In this document: piece by piece, positions 49,127-58,174 of the stretch | How the letters are laid out: each line of letters begins with the position of its first letter | Numbering within the stretch: the stretch's first letter is position 1 | Origin: an archaeon | Lineage (GTDB): Archaea > Asgardarchaeota > Thorarchaeia > Thorarchaeales > Thorarchaeaceae | Reading direction: 5' to 3' | Length of the DNA stretch: 58,174 bases | Assembly: GCA_024276825.1 (NCBI GenBank) | Contig: JAJRWI010000001.1 | Coordinates: 1-58,174, forward strand | Program-made: the position numbers and the translations under genes | The notes under the pieces: model-generated | What the model saw: only the letters and a program-made list of their open reading frames with translations | What the model was told of the DNA's origin: nothing | Database searches by the model: none

Positions 49127-50467
49127 ATGGACGGTGCAAAAATGAGTGAATCACGTGGAAAAAGGGTGTTTATTGTTGGAGCTGGTATTGCGGGCTTTAG
49201 TTGTGCCCTTGAACTAAAGGGTCTCAAGGCCCGGTGCCAGATATTGGAAAAAGAACCCACAGTTGGAGGAAGAGCAAGGTCCTTCACTGAATCGGGATAT
49301 GTGTTTGATCAAGGACTACACTTCTTTGTTGGAGGCTTTAAGTCATTAATTCCAATTCTAGAGAGAAGTGGTGTTCGCTTGACCACTGTGGGTGAAGGAG
49401 CTGTCTGGCTAAAAGATGGTGAGAGGTACATCATCAGAAGGTCTGCATTGGATCTTGCTAAATTCGGACTTCTGCCAACTCTCGACAGGGGACGTCTGGG
49501 CAGCCTAGTGAGAGAGAACTTGGGCCGGAGTATGGATGACTTCTTGGAACTCGATAAAATGACCTTTGCTGAATATGCTGAGGACAAGATTCCTGAAACC
49601 ATCTATGAGAACTTTTACGATCCACTGATCAAAACAGTGACATTCATGCAACCAGATGAAGTTTCTGCAGGGCAGTATCTCTATGCGGAGCAACTTCGTT
49701 TTGCATATGAAGATGGATTCAAAGCTATGTACCCCGAGCGAGGAGGTCTTGGAAGTGTGCCTTATACATTAATGCTTCAAGCTAGGAACTTTGCAATTGA
49801 ACCAAAAGTGAATTGCACTGTGAAGAAGATTATAATTGAAGATGATCAAGTGACCGGAATTGATTATGAGGTTGATGGTGAGACAAACCATGCAGAAGCA
49901 GACATTGTTGTGGTTACAACTCCGATCGACCTACTCCCCAATTTCATCGATATGAACAAGTTGCCCAATGACTTTGTAAACTCGATCAAGGAGTTTGAAT
50001 ACAGGCCTTGTGTGGTGGCATACTTCGGCCTTTCATCACGAGTACTGGACTTCAATGTTGCAGGGTTCGTACCGGGTAGAAAAGTCCACATAATAGCCGA
50101 GGCAAAGAGGGTGTCTGGCGTTCTGGCCCCGATCGGAGAGTCATTACTGACAGTCACCTCGATAGACAAGGAACTATTGAACATGAAGAATGGAGAGGCA
50201 GCCGATGTTATCCTTGACGAACTTGAGGAGATAATTCCTGGACTAAAACAAAAGATTACCTGGAAGAAAAGCTGGAGAATTTGGAAGTCGCTCTTGGCAC
50301 AACCTCCAGGTATCATGGAAAAGCGATTGAAGTCCAATCGGACCGGAATAAAGGGCCTTTATGTGGCTGGAGCCTTTGCCAACTGCGAGAACTACTATGC
50401 TTCGATGGAAGCAGCATCAAGGTCTGGCATTGCTTGTGCTGAAGAGATGAATCAAGATTTCAAATAA
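49127..50467 (+). CDS. Flavin amine-oxidase/phytoene-desaturase/HemY-like oxidoreductase
   Basis: GAGIAG, EKEPTVGGRARS, DQGLH, YVAG...SMEAASRSG. Confidence 0.85.
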   Translation: MDGAKMSESRGKRVFIVGAGIAGFSCALELKGLKARCQILEKEPTVGGRARSFTESGYVFDQGLHFFVGGFKSLIPILERSGVRLTTVGEGAVWLKDGERYIIRRSALDLAKFGLLPTLDRGRLGSLVRENLGRSMDDFLELDKMTFAEYAEDKIPETIYENFYDPLIKTVTFMQPDEVSAGQYLYAEQLRFAYEDGFKAMYPERGGLGSVPYTLMLQARNFAIEPKVNCTVKKIIIEDDQVTGIDYEVDGETNHAEADIVVVTTPIDLLPNFIDMNKLPNDFVNSIKEFEYRPCVVAYFGLSSRVLDFNVAGFVPGRKVHIIAEAKRVSGVLAPIGESLLTVTSIDKELLNMKNGEAADVILDELEEIIPGLKQKITWKKSWRIWKSLLAQPPGIMEKRLKSNRTGIKGLYVAGAFANCENYYASMEAASRSGIACAEEMNQDFK

Positions 50468-50481
50468 CTTGAAAAAAGTAA

Positions 50482-51717
50482 TTGGGAATTGGCGGCAAAT
50501 CAAGTCCGCCAATTCTTTCTCAAGTAGGTGCAATTAATGTGAGGCATATGGCTTTTCTAAAAGACAGCGGTTATGAAGCGGTTCCTTATGTCTGTGCCTT
50601 CTGTGGAAACTGCACCATGGTCTGTCCTGCATTTATGCATCTACGATGGGAACCCTTCGGTCCACGAGGAAAACTTCACGCAACAAAAGAGATCATTGAA
50701 GGAGTCATTAACATCGATGAGGAATATGTGCGTCGAATGTATCTCTGCTCTTTATGTGATCATTGCACGCAGATCTGTACCACTAGCATTCCTCTTCTTG
50801 AATTTTGGTTATTCATAAGAAAGGAAATTGAAATGTTTGGGCTAACACCTCCATCAATATCCTTCATTTCAAAGTCATTGGAAGACTATGGTGATCCTTT
50901 TGCTATGGGTCCGGAATCAAGAAGGATTTGGACTCGGGGTATTAAGAAAATCGTTGAGCCACGAATTGGGAAACAGGCTGAAACCCTCTTCTTTATTGGA
51001 TGTGCTTGTGCCCTGAAGCCACAATTGCATGGTATTGTAAGGTCTATGATTAAGATAATGGAAAGAGCTGGGATTGACTATTCACTACTTGGAGAGAACG
51101 AGGCCTGCTGTGGTGCTCCCCTCTTGTGGGGTGGAAAGCCAGCTGGTGCTAAGGAATTAGCTGAACAAAATATAATATGGTTTAGAAAGATTGGTGCAAA
51201 AACAATTGTCTTTAATTGTCCAACATGTCTGAATGCAATAAACGAAGCCTATGCAAAGATCTATGGTACACACGCGGAAAAGGAGTTTAATCTACTTACA
51301 GCATCACAGTTTATTGTTCATCTGATAAGAGAAGGAGCACTTGAATTCGAGGAGCAGCCTCTTGTTACGGTCACTTATCATGACCCCTGCGTAGCAGCAA
51401 GAAAGTTGAATGTCATTGACGAACCAAGGGAAATAATTGATAGCATTCCCGGTCTCTATAAAGTTGAAGTAATAAACTCCGGAAAAGAAACGCATTGTTG
51501 TGGCAGTCATGGGCTATTGAATGTGATAGATCCATTATTATCATCAAAGATTGCTGAAGAGCGACTAAGGCAAATGTCCATCACTCCTGCTTCACGAATT
51601 ATCACCGAGTGCCCTAGTTGTATTCAATCACTTGAACTTGCAACGCATACCATGCAATATCCAATTGCAGTCGAACACATAGCCCAACTTGTAGCTGATG
51701 CTCTGAGGGATGAATAA
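50482..51717 (+). CDS. GlcF/HdrD-like Fe-S oxidoreductase 2
   Basis: CAFCGNC-x3-CP, CSLCDHC-x3-C, EACCG, YHDPC, HCCG. Start uncertain. Confidence 0.92.
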   Translation: MGIGGKSSPPILSQVGAINVRHMAFLKDSGYEAVPYVCAFCGNCTMVCPAFMHLRWEPFGPRGKLHATKEIIEGVINIDEEYVRRMYLCSLCDHCTQICTTSIPLLEFWLFIRKEIEMFGLTPPSISFISKSLEDYGDPFAMGPESRRIWTRGIKKIVEPRIGKQAETLFFIGCACALKPQLHGIVRSMIKIMERAGIDYSLLGENEACCGAPLLWGGKPAGAKELAEQNIIWFRKIGAKTIVFNCPTCLNAINEAYAKIYGTHAEKEFNLLTASQFIVHLIREGALEFEEQPLVTVTYHDPCVAARKLNVIDEPREIIDSIPGLYKVEVINSGKETHCCGSHGLLNVIDPLLSSKIAEERLRQMSITPASRIITECPSCIQSLELATHTMQYPIAVEHIAQLVADALRDE

Positions 51718-51718
51718 T

Positions 51719-53442
51719 ATGAGAGATGGTCAACAATTCTTTGAAGATCTTGTTGGCGCAGATAATGTTTCATTTGATGACGAACTAGACTTCTCTATTC
51801 AAGAGACCTCTCCAGTCTGCCCAAACTTGCTGGTCAAATAATCAAGAACGAATTTGAGTTGATAGCCCAGCCTGTTTCCGTAGCTTCCCTCAGTCAACTT
51901 GTTCGTTTCCTGTGCAAGAAGAAAATTGCCATTGTTCCCCGAGGAAATGGCACCTCTGGCTGGGGCGGTGCATTGCCCACGAAAGGTGGAGCATGTATTG
52001 ATCTCCGTATGATGAACGACATCCTTGACTTCGATGAATACAGGCTGTCAGTCACTGTGGAGGCGGGAATCACATGGCGTAAATTACTCATGTTTCTTGA
52101 AAGCATTGGCCTTACACTTCCTGTATACCCATCTAGTGCAGCATCAGCCACAGTAGGCGGCTTTGTGGCCAGTAATGGGCTAGGAATAGGTTCTGCACAC
52201 TTTGGAGAGATTTGCAATAATGTCTTGGGAATGGAAGTTGTTCTGCCGAATGGTCTGGTTGTTCGTGTTGGAAATGTTGTAATAACCAGCAATGACAATG
52301 ATAGAACCATTGCTGCTGAGGGGACTGATTGGTTCGATAAGGTCCTTGAAGAAATTCATTTTTCAAAGCATGTCAACCCTATTAGAATATTCTGTGGAAC
52401 CTATGGTACTATGGGAATCATTACAAAAGTAACCCTTCGTGTGGTACCAAAACTCATTCACAGAAGTTTTGCCTGTAGTTTTGACTCGTTAAAACCAATG
52501 ATCAATGCTATGGTTGAGATACAAGAGAAATCTAACCCTTACAACATTCGTTTTATAATGGATAGTTATTCTGAGAAACTAGCTGCTCTCTCATCACATC
52601 AGGACGAATATGGCAAGTTCATAATTTCAGGGGCCTTAATGGATACCCTTGATAATGTTGACAATGCTTTGGATGAACTTCTCAAGATCATTGAGAAATA
52701 TAATGGAACTATTTTGGATGAAGAACGCAGTGCGTATTACTGGAACGAAAGATTCTTTCCCCTTCGAATCAAGAAACTTGGACCAAGCTTGGTTCCATCT
52801 GAAATACTAATTGATATCAGAAAGATCCCGGAACTCTATGAAGAAGTTCTCCACAAGATTCCAAGGGCTCACCTCGCAGTAGAAGGTCAAATGGGCAAGG
52901 CAACCCTTGGGTCATTCTTGGCCTGGATATTGGATGATGAGCGTCGAAAACTGACATACACATTGGGTTGGCATCGGTCCTTCGATATCGCCTCATTAGC
53001 CATGAAGAAAGGAGGACGACCTTACTCTGTTGCGCTCTGGAATGCTTATCTCGCTGAGAATTATTATGGCAAGGCATGGTTCGATGAACTTCGACAAGTG
53101 AAAAAACGAATTGATCCGAATAACATAATGAATCCATTGAAGGTATTTGGCGGTCGTGTATCAGCCAAAAAAGAATCTCTCCTATTTGGGTTCATTACGC
53201 CGTTTATTACTGTTCTCTCCCTTTCAGTTCTGCTTCCTCTCCTATTGAATTGGCATTGGCTTCTACAACTTCTCTGGTCTTCAGAATACTTGATATCACC
53301 CGGACTGGCTATAGCAATATTAGCTGGAGTTGCTGGATATGCCTTCATCTATTTAATGTCATTTCAACTTGCTATTCGTCTTGGCGTATCTATCTTACGA
53401 ATCGGTGATAGGGTCATTAGAAGAATGGCTACTGGTCTGTAA
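51719..53442 (+). CDS. FAD-binding oxidoreductase 2 with C-terminal TM helices; one-base frameshift near 51780
   Basis: N-terminus MRDGQQFFEDLVGADNVSFD lies in one frame and RTRLLYSRD... continues in the 51859 frame. PRGNGTSGWGG, YPSSA, KKLGPSLVPSE. Confidence 0.85.
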
Positions 53443-53660
53443 AAAAGCCCTCCTTCGGGTCCCTTTTCATGCCATCATGAAATGCGATACCCCTAACTAG
53501 TTCTTCATTTGGCGAGTATTCAACTTTGTCCAAGCTCTACGCATCTATGCACAACCCTAAAATAGCATTTTTTCCTTCAAAATGCAAAATGAAACCATAT
53601 TTATTGGATAAGTTAGATGTTGATATTTTAACAAAATCGCGAAAAAAGGAGTAAGGCGAA

Positions 53661-54266
53661 TTGAATTCAAAAATAGTGTCCATAACTGCAATAAGTTTCA
53701 TTCTAATAATTATCGTGTCGGGAGCATTCTTAGCAATAGGATTTCCTGATCAGACTAGTGAATGTGATGTATGTCATACTAACACAAGTGTGTTAATATT
53801 GACATCAAATGCCACAGGAACTGTTGAGGCAGTCAATGGTGTTCCATTCGTGATCTCAATTAATGGTTCCAATGGTGTTGAGGCACTGAAGATAGTGAGT
53901 GATTGGGCAGACAACAGCAAGTTCTCGTTCTCTCTCATGCAAATTAGTGATGGCGACCCAGATGACAGTGATGCAGATACAGGCGAGATAAGTGTTGATA
54001 TCTCAGTGACTCCACTTGAAACGGGGAGCTTTACAATCAGAATCTGGGTTGCTGCACCAGGACAACTCTCTGCCAGTCTTGATGTAAGTGTGGATGTTTC
54101 AGAGAACACATCATCAACAACTCCAACCACTTCTACCACAACATCAGCAACTCCTACTCAGGACCCAGTTGAAACATGGACATCTCTAATGCTCACAATT
54201 AATCCAATTGTAGCTGTCGTGCTAATAGTACTCGGATTTGTACTATTCAAGCGAGTTGAGCGGTAG
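53661..54266 (+). CDS. Exported mono-heme cytochrome c-like protein (CxxCH) with reeler/Ig-like domain and C-terminal TM anchor
   Basis: Signal peptide, CDVCH, Ser/Thr stalk, TM. Paralogous to the N-terminus of 45285..46508. Confidence 0.72.
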   Translation: MNSKIVSITAISFILIIIVSGAFLAIGFPDQTSECDVCHTNTSVLILTSNATGTVEAVNGVPFVISINGSNGVEALKIVSDWADNSKFSFSLMQISDGDPDDSDADTGEISVDISVTPLETGSFTIRIWVAAPGQLSASLDVSVDVSENTSSTTPTTSTTTSATPTQDPVETWTSLMLTINPIVAVVLIVLGFVLFKRVER

Positions 54267-54276
54267 GTGATAACTA

Positions 54277-54774
54277 ATGGCAATTCATCCTGTATTCATT
54301 CATTTCCATACTGGAATTCTAACAGCAAACGCAGTACTCTGCCTGATAATGATAGTACTTCGAGTTGTGTTTCGTGAAGCAATCAATACACCCGGAACCA
54401 AGATGGCAAGAATCTTCCATGAATTAGACTTGTTCATCTTTTGGGGAAACATCATTGGCCTGCTTGGTCTGTTTGGAGGTATGGTGACGGGTCTCATGGA
54501 CTGGCCACTGCAAGCATTACTGGCCAATGCCTATATGCGTGCAAAGATGTTCTGGTCAATCATGGCTGTTCAGATCTATCTGTTTCTTGTAATTGTCAGA
54601 GCCAAGCTTGGCGACAAGATATGGAAATCCACGAGTGGCTTTATGATATATGGTGTGCTCGGAATCGTTGGCGGTGCTATGATAATCCTGATGGGTGCGT
54701 TGGGTGGCATAGCTGTCTATGGGACATCAATTTTGGAGCCCGTACTTGATTGGCTAGGCATGCCATGGCCGTGA
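54277..54774 (+). CDS. DUF2231-like 4-TM membrane protein (cytochrome-b-like)
   Basis: N-terminal HPVFIHF, TG, and C-terminal GALGG-x2-VYG. Confidence 0.7.
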   Translation: MAIHPVFIHFHTGILTANAVLCLIMIVLRVVFREAINTPGTKMARIFHELDLFIFWGNIIGLLGLFGGMVTGLMDWPLQALLANAYMRAKMFWSIMAVQIYLFLVIVRAKLGDKIWKSTSGFMIYGVLGIVGGAMIILMGALGGIAVYGTSILEPVLDWLGMPWP

Positions 54775-55967
54775 GAGTGATCACAGTGGGATCTCAGCAA
54801 TTTGAAAACCTGCGAAAGGCGGCTCTGGATATAGAGCCGTTGATCTGCGCTAGATGCGGCTTCTGCACATTTGTGTGCCCAGCGTATTTGGACACACTCT
54901 GGGACTCTCAATCACCACGTGGAAAGCTGTATCAATTGCGAGAGTTGATAAAGAAGAAGCAGCCAATACCTGCAGATTTCGCGGAGCGCATCTTCAGATG
55001 CACTCTCTGTGGTGCGTGTCAAGAAATTTGCCAGACGAAAATACCACTACTTCATTTCTGGCAGATTATCAGGCAAGAGGTGAACCTGGCAGGTCATTGG
55101 CCAGAAATAGTGCATTTTCTGGACAAGAACATCCAACAGAGTCAGAATATCATGGACCTTGATCAAGAGGACAGAACAATATGGGCTGATATGGTGGATG
55201 ACATAGTTGAAGGCCATATTGGGAAGGCTGCTGCAACCGCCTACTTTGTTGGCTGCAATATCTCCTTCAAGGGTTCATTGGCCTCGATAGCTGAAAACAC
55301 AGTCAAACTGTTCAATCATCTTGACATCGATTTCACCATTCTTGGCGAGAAAGAGTTCTGCTGTGGAAACCCCTATTTTGTGGCAGGCGAATGGGATAAG
55401 GCCCGTGAGATTGCAAAGCATCACCTTGAAGAACTTAAACGCCTTGGTGTTAAACGGGTCGTGTTTAATTGCCCTGGATGCCATCGTGCTTTTAATGAAG
55501 AATATTCACATTTGCTTGGTGAGGAATCAACAAAGGACTTTGAATTCATCCCATTTTCGCAATTCGTGGCCATGAACCTACGCGACGGCAGACTGAAATT
55601 CACCAAGGAATACTCTCATGTAGTGACATGGCATGACCCTTGTGAACTTGGTCGCCATCAGAACATCTACGACTATTCTAGAGAAGTACTTGCAGCAATC
55701 CCGGGTCTTGAACTCAGGGAGATGAAACACACACGAAATAAATCTGATTGCTGCGGCGGTGGTGGACTGCTTAAGGGCACCAATCCAACTATGTCAGTCC
55801 GCATCTCGGCAAGGAGGTTGGAATCGGCTGAGAAAACAGGGGCAGAATTTCTACTTAGCGAATGTCCCTCATGTATGATGTCATTCTTTGATGGAATTGA
55901 ATACAAACACTCTAAGATCCAATTCAAGGATCTCTCAGAGATTGTTGCGGAGGCTTTGGACCTGTGA
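54765..55967 (+). CDS. GlcF/HdrD-like Fe-S oxidoreductase 3
   Basis: CARCGFC-x3-CP, SPRGK, CTLCGAC-x3-C, EFCCG, WHDPC, DCCGGGG. Start (54765 or 54771) overlaps the upstream stop. Confidence 0.92.
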   Translation: MAVRVITVGSQQFENLRKAALDIEPLICARCGFCTFVCPAYLDTLWDSQSPRGKLYQLRELIKKKQPIPADFAERIFRCTLCGACQEICQTKIPLLHFWQIIRQEVNLAGHWPEIVHFLDKNIQQSQNIMDLDQEDRTIWADMVDDIVEGHIGKAAATAYFVGCNISFKGSLASIAENTVKLFNHLDIDFTILGEKEFCCGNPYFVAGEWDKAREIAKHHLEELKRLGVKRVVFNCPGCHRAFNEEYSHLLGEESTKDFEFIPFSQFVAMNLRDGRLKFTKEYSHVVTWHDPCELGRHQNIYDYSREVLAAIPGLELREMKHTRNKSDCCGGGGLLKGTNPTMSVRISARRLESAEKTGAEFLLSECPSCMMSFFDGIEYKHSKIQFKDLSEIVAEALDL

Positions 55968-55978
55968 GGTGATTATGA

Positions 55979-57706
55979 ATGTTACGAGAAAAACAACTCA
56001 AAAAATTAGCAGATATAGTGGGTGAGGATAATTTCTCAGCTGAGAAATATATGCGAAAACTATACTCCCATGATGTGGGTGCCTTACCTGGAATTGTCAA
56101 TGATATCCTGAAAGCTGAAGTTGATGCAGTTGTTCAGCCAACCTCGTCAGAAGTCGTGTCCAACCTGATCAAGTACTGTCTAGAAAACAAAATTCCCATA
56201 GTTCCACGAGGACATGCAACCAGTGGATATGGTGGTGCCCTGCCGACCCATGGTGGCATAGCAGTTGAAATGACCCGAATGAATGAGATATATAATTTAG
56301 ATTTGGAAAACATGACGGTGGAGGTAGGTGCTGGAATCATTTGGGGGGCTCTTCTTGAAGCCCTTGAAGATCATGGAGTGACCATTCGAGCATATCCATC
56401 TAGTGCTCCATCAAGCACTGTTGGTGGCTGGGTTGCTGCAGGTGGTTCAGGAATTGGGAGCACAAAATATGGAGGGATCAAAGACCAAGTGGTTGACCTT
56501 GAAGTTGTGTTACCGACTGGCCAGATAATCAGAACAAGCAATCCCCCGCCAGACCTGATTGAAAAGATTTCCAAGGATGACTATGAATTCTTTCCAAATG
56601 CTTCCACCTATGTCTGGGCAATTGATGACTTTGGACTTGATGATGTTGATCTGACACCATATTTTGTGGACAGTAATGGTTCTCTTGGGATAATTACAAA
56701 AGTCGTCTTGAGAATCATTCCTTTGCAAGAGTTTCGGCCTTTTGTTGCATCTTTTGAGAATCGTGAGCAAATGTTTTGGGCCATGCAAGACATAATGAAA
56801 CGCACAAAACCCTTTTACTTGCACTTCATCACAGATGGGTTCAATGAGATGCTAACAGAAGTGAACATGCCAACTCACTCAAAGCATCCTTGGTTGATAC
56901 TGTGCGTTTATGAGGGGTCCTCTGAGAGCATCTCGCAAGAAGAGAGAATATTCCGCGAGATTGTCTCTAAGAACTATGGCGTCATTGAACCCGATGAGGT
57001 CGGCGAGCATGAATGGGAAGAACGCTTCTATCCCATGCGTATCAAACGATTGGGTCCAAGTCTTGCACCTTCTGAGGTTTATGTCCCCCTTGAGAATATG
57101 TTGTCATTCTTGGAACGCGCTGAGAAGCATTTCAAGGGCGAACGATTTGCAGTTGAAGGTGCAGTAAACAACCTGGGAGAAGTTGCTGTTCTTGCCTGGT
57201 TCTTAGATGATGAACGCAGAACAATTCCATTTCTCATGGGTTGGTATAGATCTCTCGATTTCATTGATATTGGAATCAAAGAAAATGGAAGGGCCTATTC
57301 AATCGGAATGTGGAATGTTTCTCATTCTCTCAATTTCTATGGGAAGAAAAGATACGCCAATATGGCTCGCCTGAAGAAGTCCACTGACCCAAAAATGATT
57401 GTCAATCCAAACAAGGTGTTTTCAGGACCTCTTCAACTCTCTATTCGAATGAGCCTTCTAATCCTTGCAGTGGCTGCTGTTGCGGTGCCTATTGGTTTAT
57501 GGATTGCGGGACTATATGTTGGTGATCTGATTGCAGCATACGTTCCATGGCTTATAATGGACAATCCATTGAGTGTTCTAATTGCTTTTGCAATTGGAAT
57601 CTTTCTGGGTGTTGCTGTCAATGAACTTGTGAACATTGTTCCGATAACGTTCGTATTAACAATTGGTCGGCCATTCCTTCGACTTGGGCGAAAGATATTC
57701 CATTAG
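55979..57706 (+). CDS. FAD-binding oxidoreductase 3 with C-terminal TM helices
   Basis: PRGHATSGYGG, YPSSAPSSTVGGW, EWEERF-x-P-x-RIKRLGPSLAPSE, two C-terminal TM segments. Confidence 0.9.
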   Translation: MLREKQLKKLADIVGEDNFSAEKYMRKLYSHDVGALPGIVNDILKAEVDAVVQPTSSEVVSNLIKYCLENKIPIVPRGHATSGYGGALPTHGGIAVEMTRMNEIYNLDLENMTVEVGAGIIWGALLEALEDHGVTIRAYPSSAPSSTVGGWVAAGGSGIGSTKYGGIKDQVVDLEVVLPTGQIIRTSNPPPDLIEKISKDDYEFFPNASTYVWAIDDFGLDDVDLTPYFVDSNGSLGIITKVVLRIIPLQEFRPFVASFENREQMFWAMQDIMKRTKPFYLHFITDGFNEMLTEVNMPTHSKHPWLILCVYEGSSESISQEERIFREIVSKNYGVIEPDEVGEHEWEERFYPMRIKRLGPSLAPSEVYVPLENMLSFLERAEKHFKGERFAVEGAVNNLGEVAVLAWFLDDERRTIPFLMGWYRSLDFIDIGIKENGRAYSIGMWNVSHSLNFYGKKRYANMARLKKSTDPKMIVNPNKVFSGPLQLSIRMSLLILAVAAVAVPIGLWIAGLYVGDLIAAYVPWLIMDNPLSVLIAFAIGIFLGVAVNELVNIVPITFVLTIGRPFLRLGRKIFH

Positions 57707-57718
57707 GGATTCATAATT

Positions 57719-57756
57719 CCAGCACACTAAAAAGACAAGGTGTGCTGGTCTTTTTT
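57719..57756 (+). terminator. Intrinsic terminator-like hairpin
   Basis: CCAGCACAC...GTGTGCTGG followed by TCTTTTTT. Confidence 0.6.
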
Positions 57757-57770
57757 ACCTGGTGATAGTA

Positions 57771-58174
57771 GTGGCAAGTATCGCTATTAAGGCCGAGGGC
57801 CTCACACGTAGATATGGTTATAGAATCGCACTTAAGCGAGCATCCTTCGAGATCCCCGAGGGTGGAATCCATGCTCTGTTTGGTGCAAATGGGGCGGGAA
57901 AGACGACTCTACTTAGGATCATATCAACTCTTCTTCGTCCCCATGGCGGAATGATAAGAGTGTTTGATATGGACCCAGAAGAGGACTCTCTACAGATTCG
58001 AGCATGTCTGGGACTGCTTGGTGATAAGCCATTACTTTATCCAGAACTTACAGGTCGGGAGAACTTCCAATTCTTTGGCCGACTATATGGTATAAGCGTT
58101 GATCAGGTGAATGAAAGAAGCGAAAAACTTGCAACCCAGTTTGGAGTATATAACTGGTTGGACGAGCCTGTAAA
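57771..58174 (+). CDS. ABC ATPase, CcmA-like (heme export), 3'-truncated by the window edge
   Basis: Not in the ORF track. GTG after GGTGAT, Walker A GANGAGKTT, PLLYPELTGRENFQFFGRLYG. The CcmA call rests partly on gene context. Confidence 0.75.
   Translation, partial: MASIAIKAEGLTRRYGYRIALKRASFEIPEGGIHALFGANGAGKTTLLRIISTLLRPHGGMIRVFDMDPEEDSLQIRACLGLLGDKPLLYPELTGRENFQFFGRLYGISVDQVNERSEKLATQFGVYNWLDEPV

Noticed and set aside
46513-57706. Naming the genes glcD/glcF, dld or hdrD
   Set aside because: The fold families match, but the catalytic metal ligands of 2-hydroxyacid dehydrogenases are missing and the substrate is unknown.
1-58174. CRISPR arrays, rRNA genes, transposases, and the many short antisense or overlapping ORFs in the track
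   Set aside because: No regularly spaced repeats, rRNA-like sequence or transposase motifs were seen. The short ORFs are shadows of well-supported genes.

Overview
Archaeal chromosomal segment, most consistent with an Asgard archaeon, probably Thorarchaeia. This assignment is inferred from the TFB gene, an archaeal-type tRNA-Cys, NosD/DNRLRE surface proteins and several longin/small-GTPase eukaryotic-signature proteins. Housekeeping and metabolic genes: tfb, cysS, nadA, ppa, aspA, a LarA-family racemase and a beta-CASP nuclease. The window also holds a DtxR-type Feo operon with a split feoB and two visible operator palindromes, and an orphan Alw26I/Eco31I-like pair of m6A and circularly permuted m5C methyltransferases. 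Two candidates stand out as undescribed systems. (1) 16.9-20.7 kb: two tandem full-length paralogues with the architecture longin / Arf-like G domain / longin / two winged helices. One has intact G motifs, the other is a pseudo-GTPase, and their C-termini resemble GATOR1 NPRL2. (2) 45.3-58.2 kb: a redox cluster of three FAD-oxidase + CCG Fe-S pairs whose flavoproteins lack the 2-hydroxyacid metal site, with two paralogous exported heme-c-motif proteins, cytochrome-b-like membrane modules and a CcmA-like ATPase. An unexplained ~125-nt structured element lies at 34.7 kb. All calls come from reading motifs by eye; no database searches were run.
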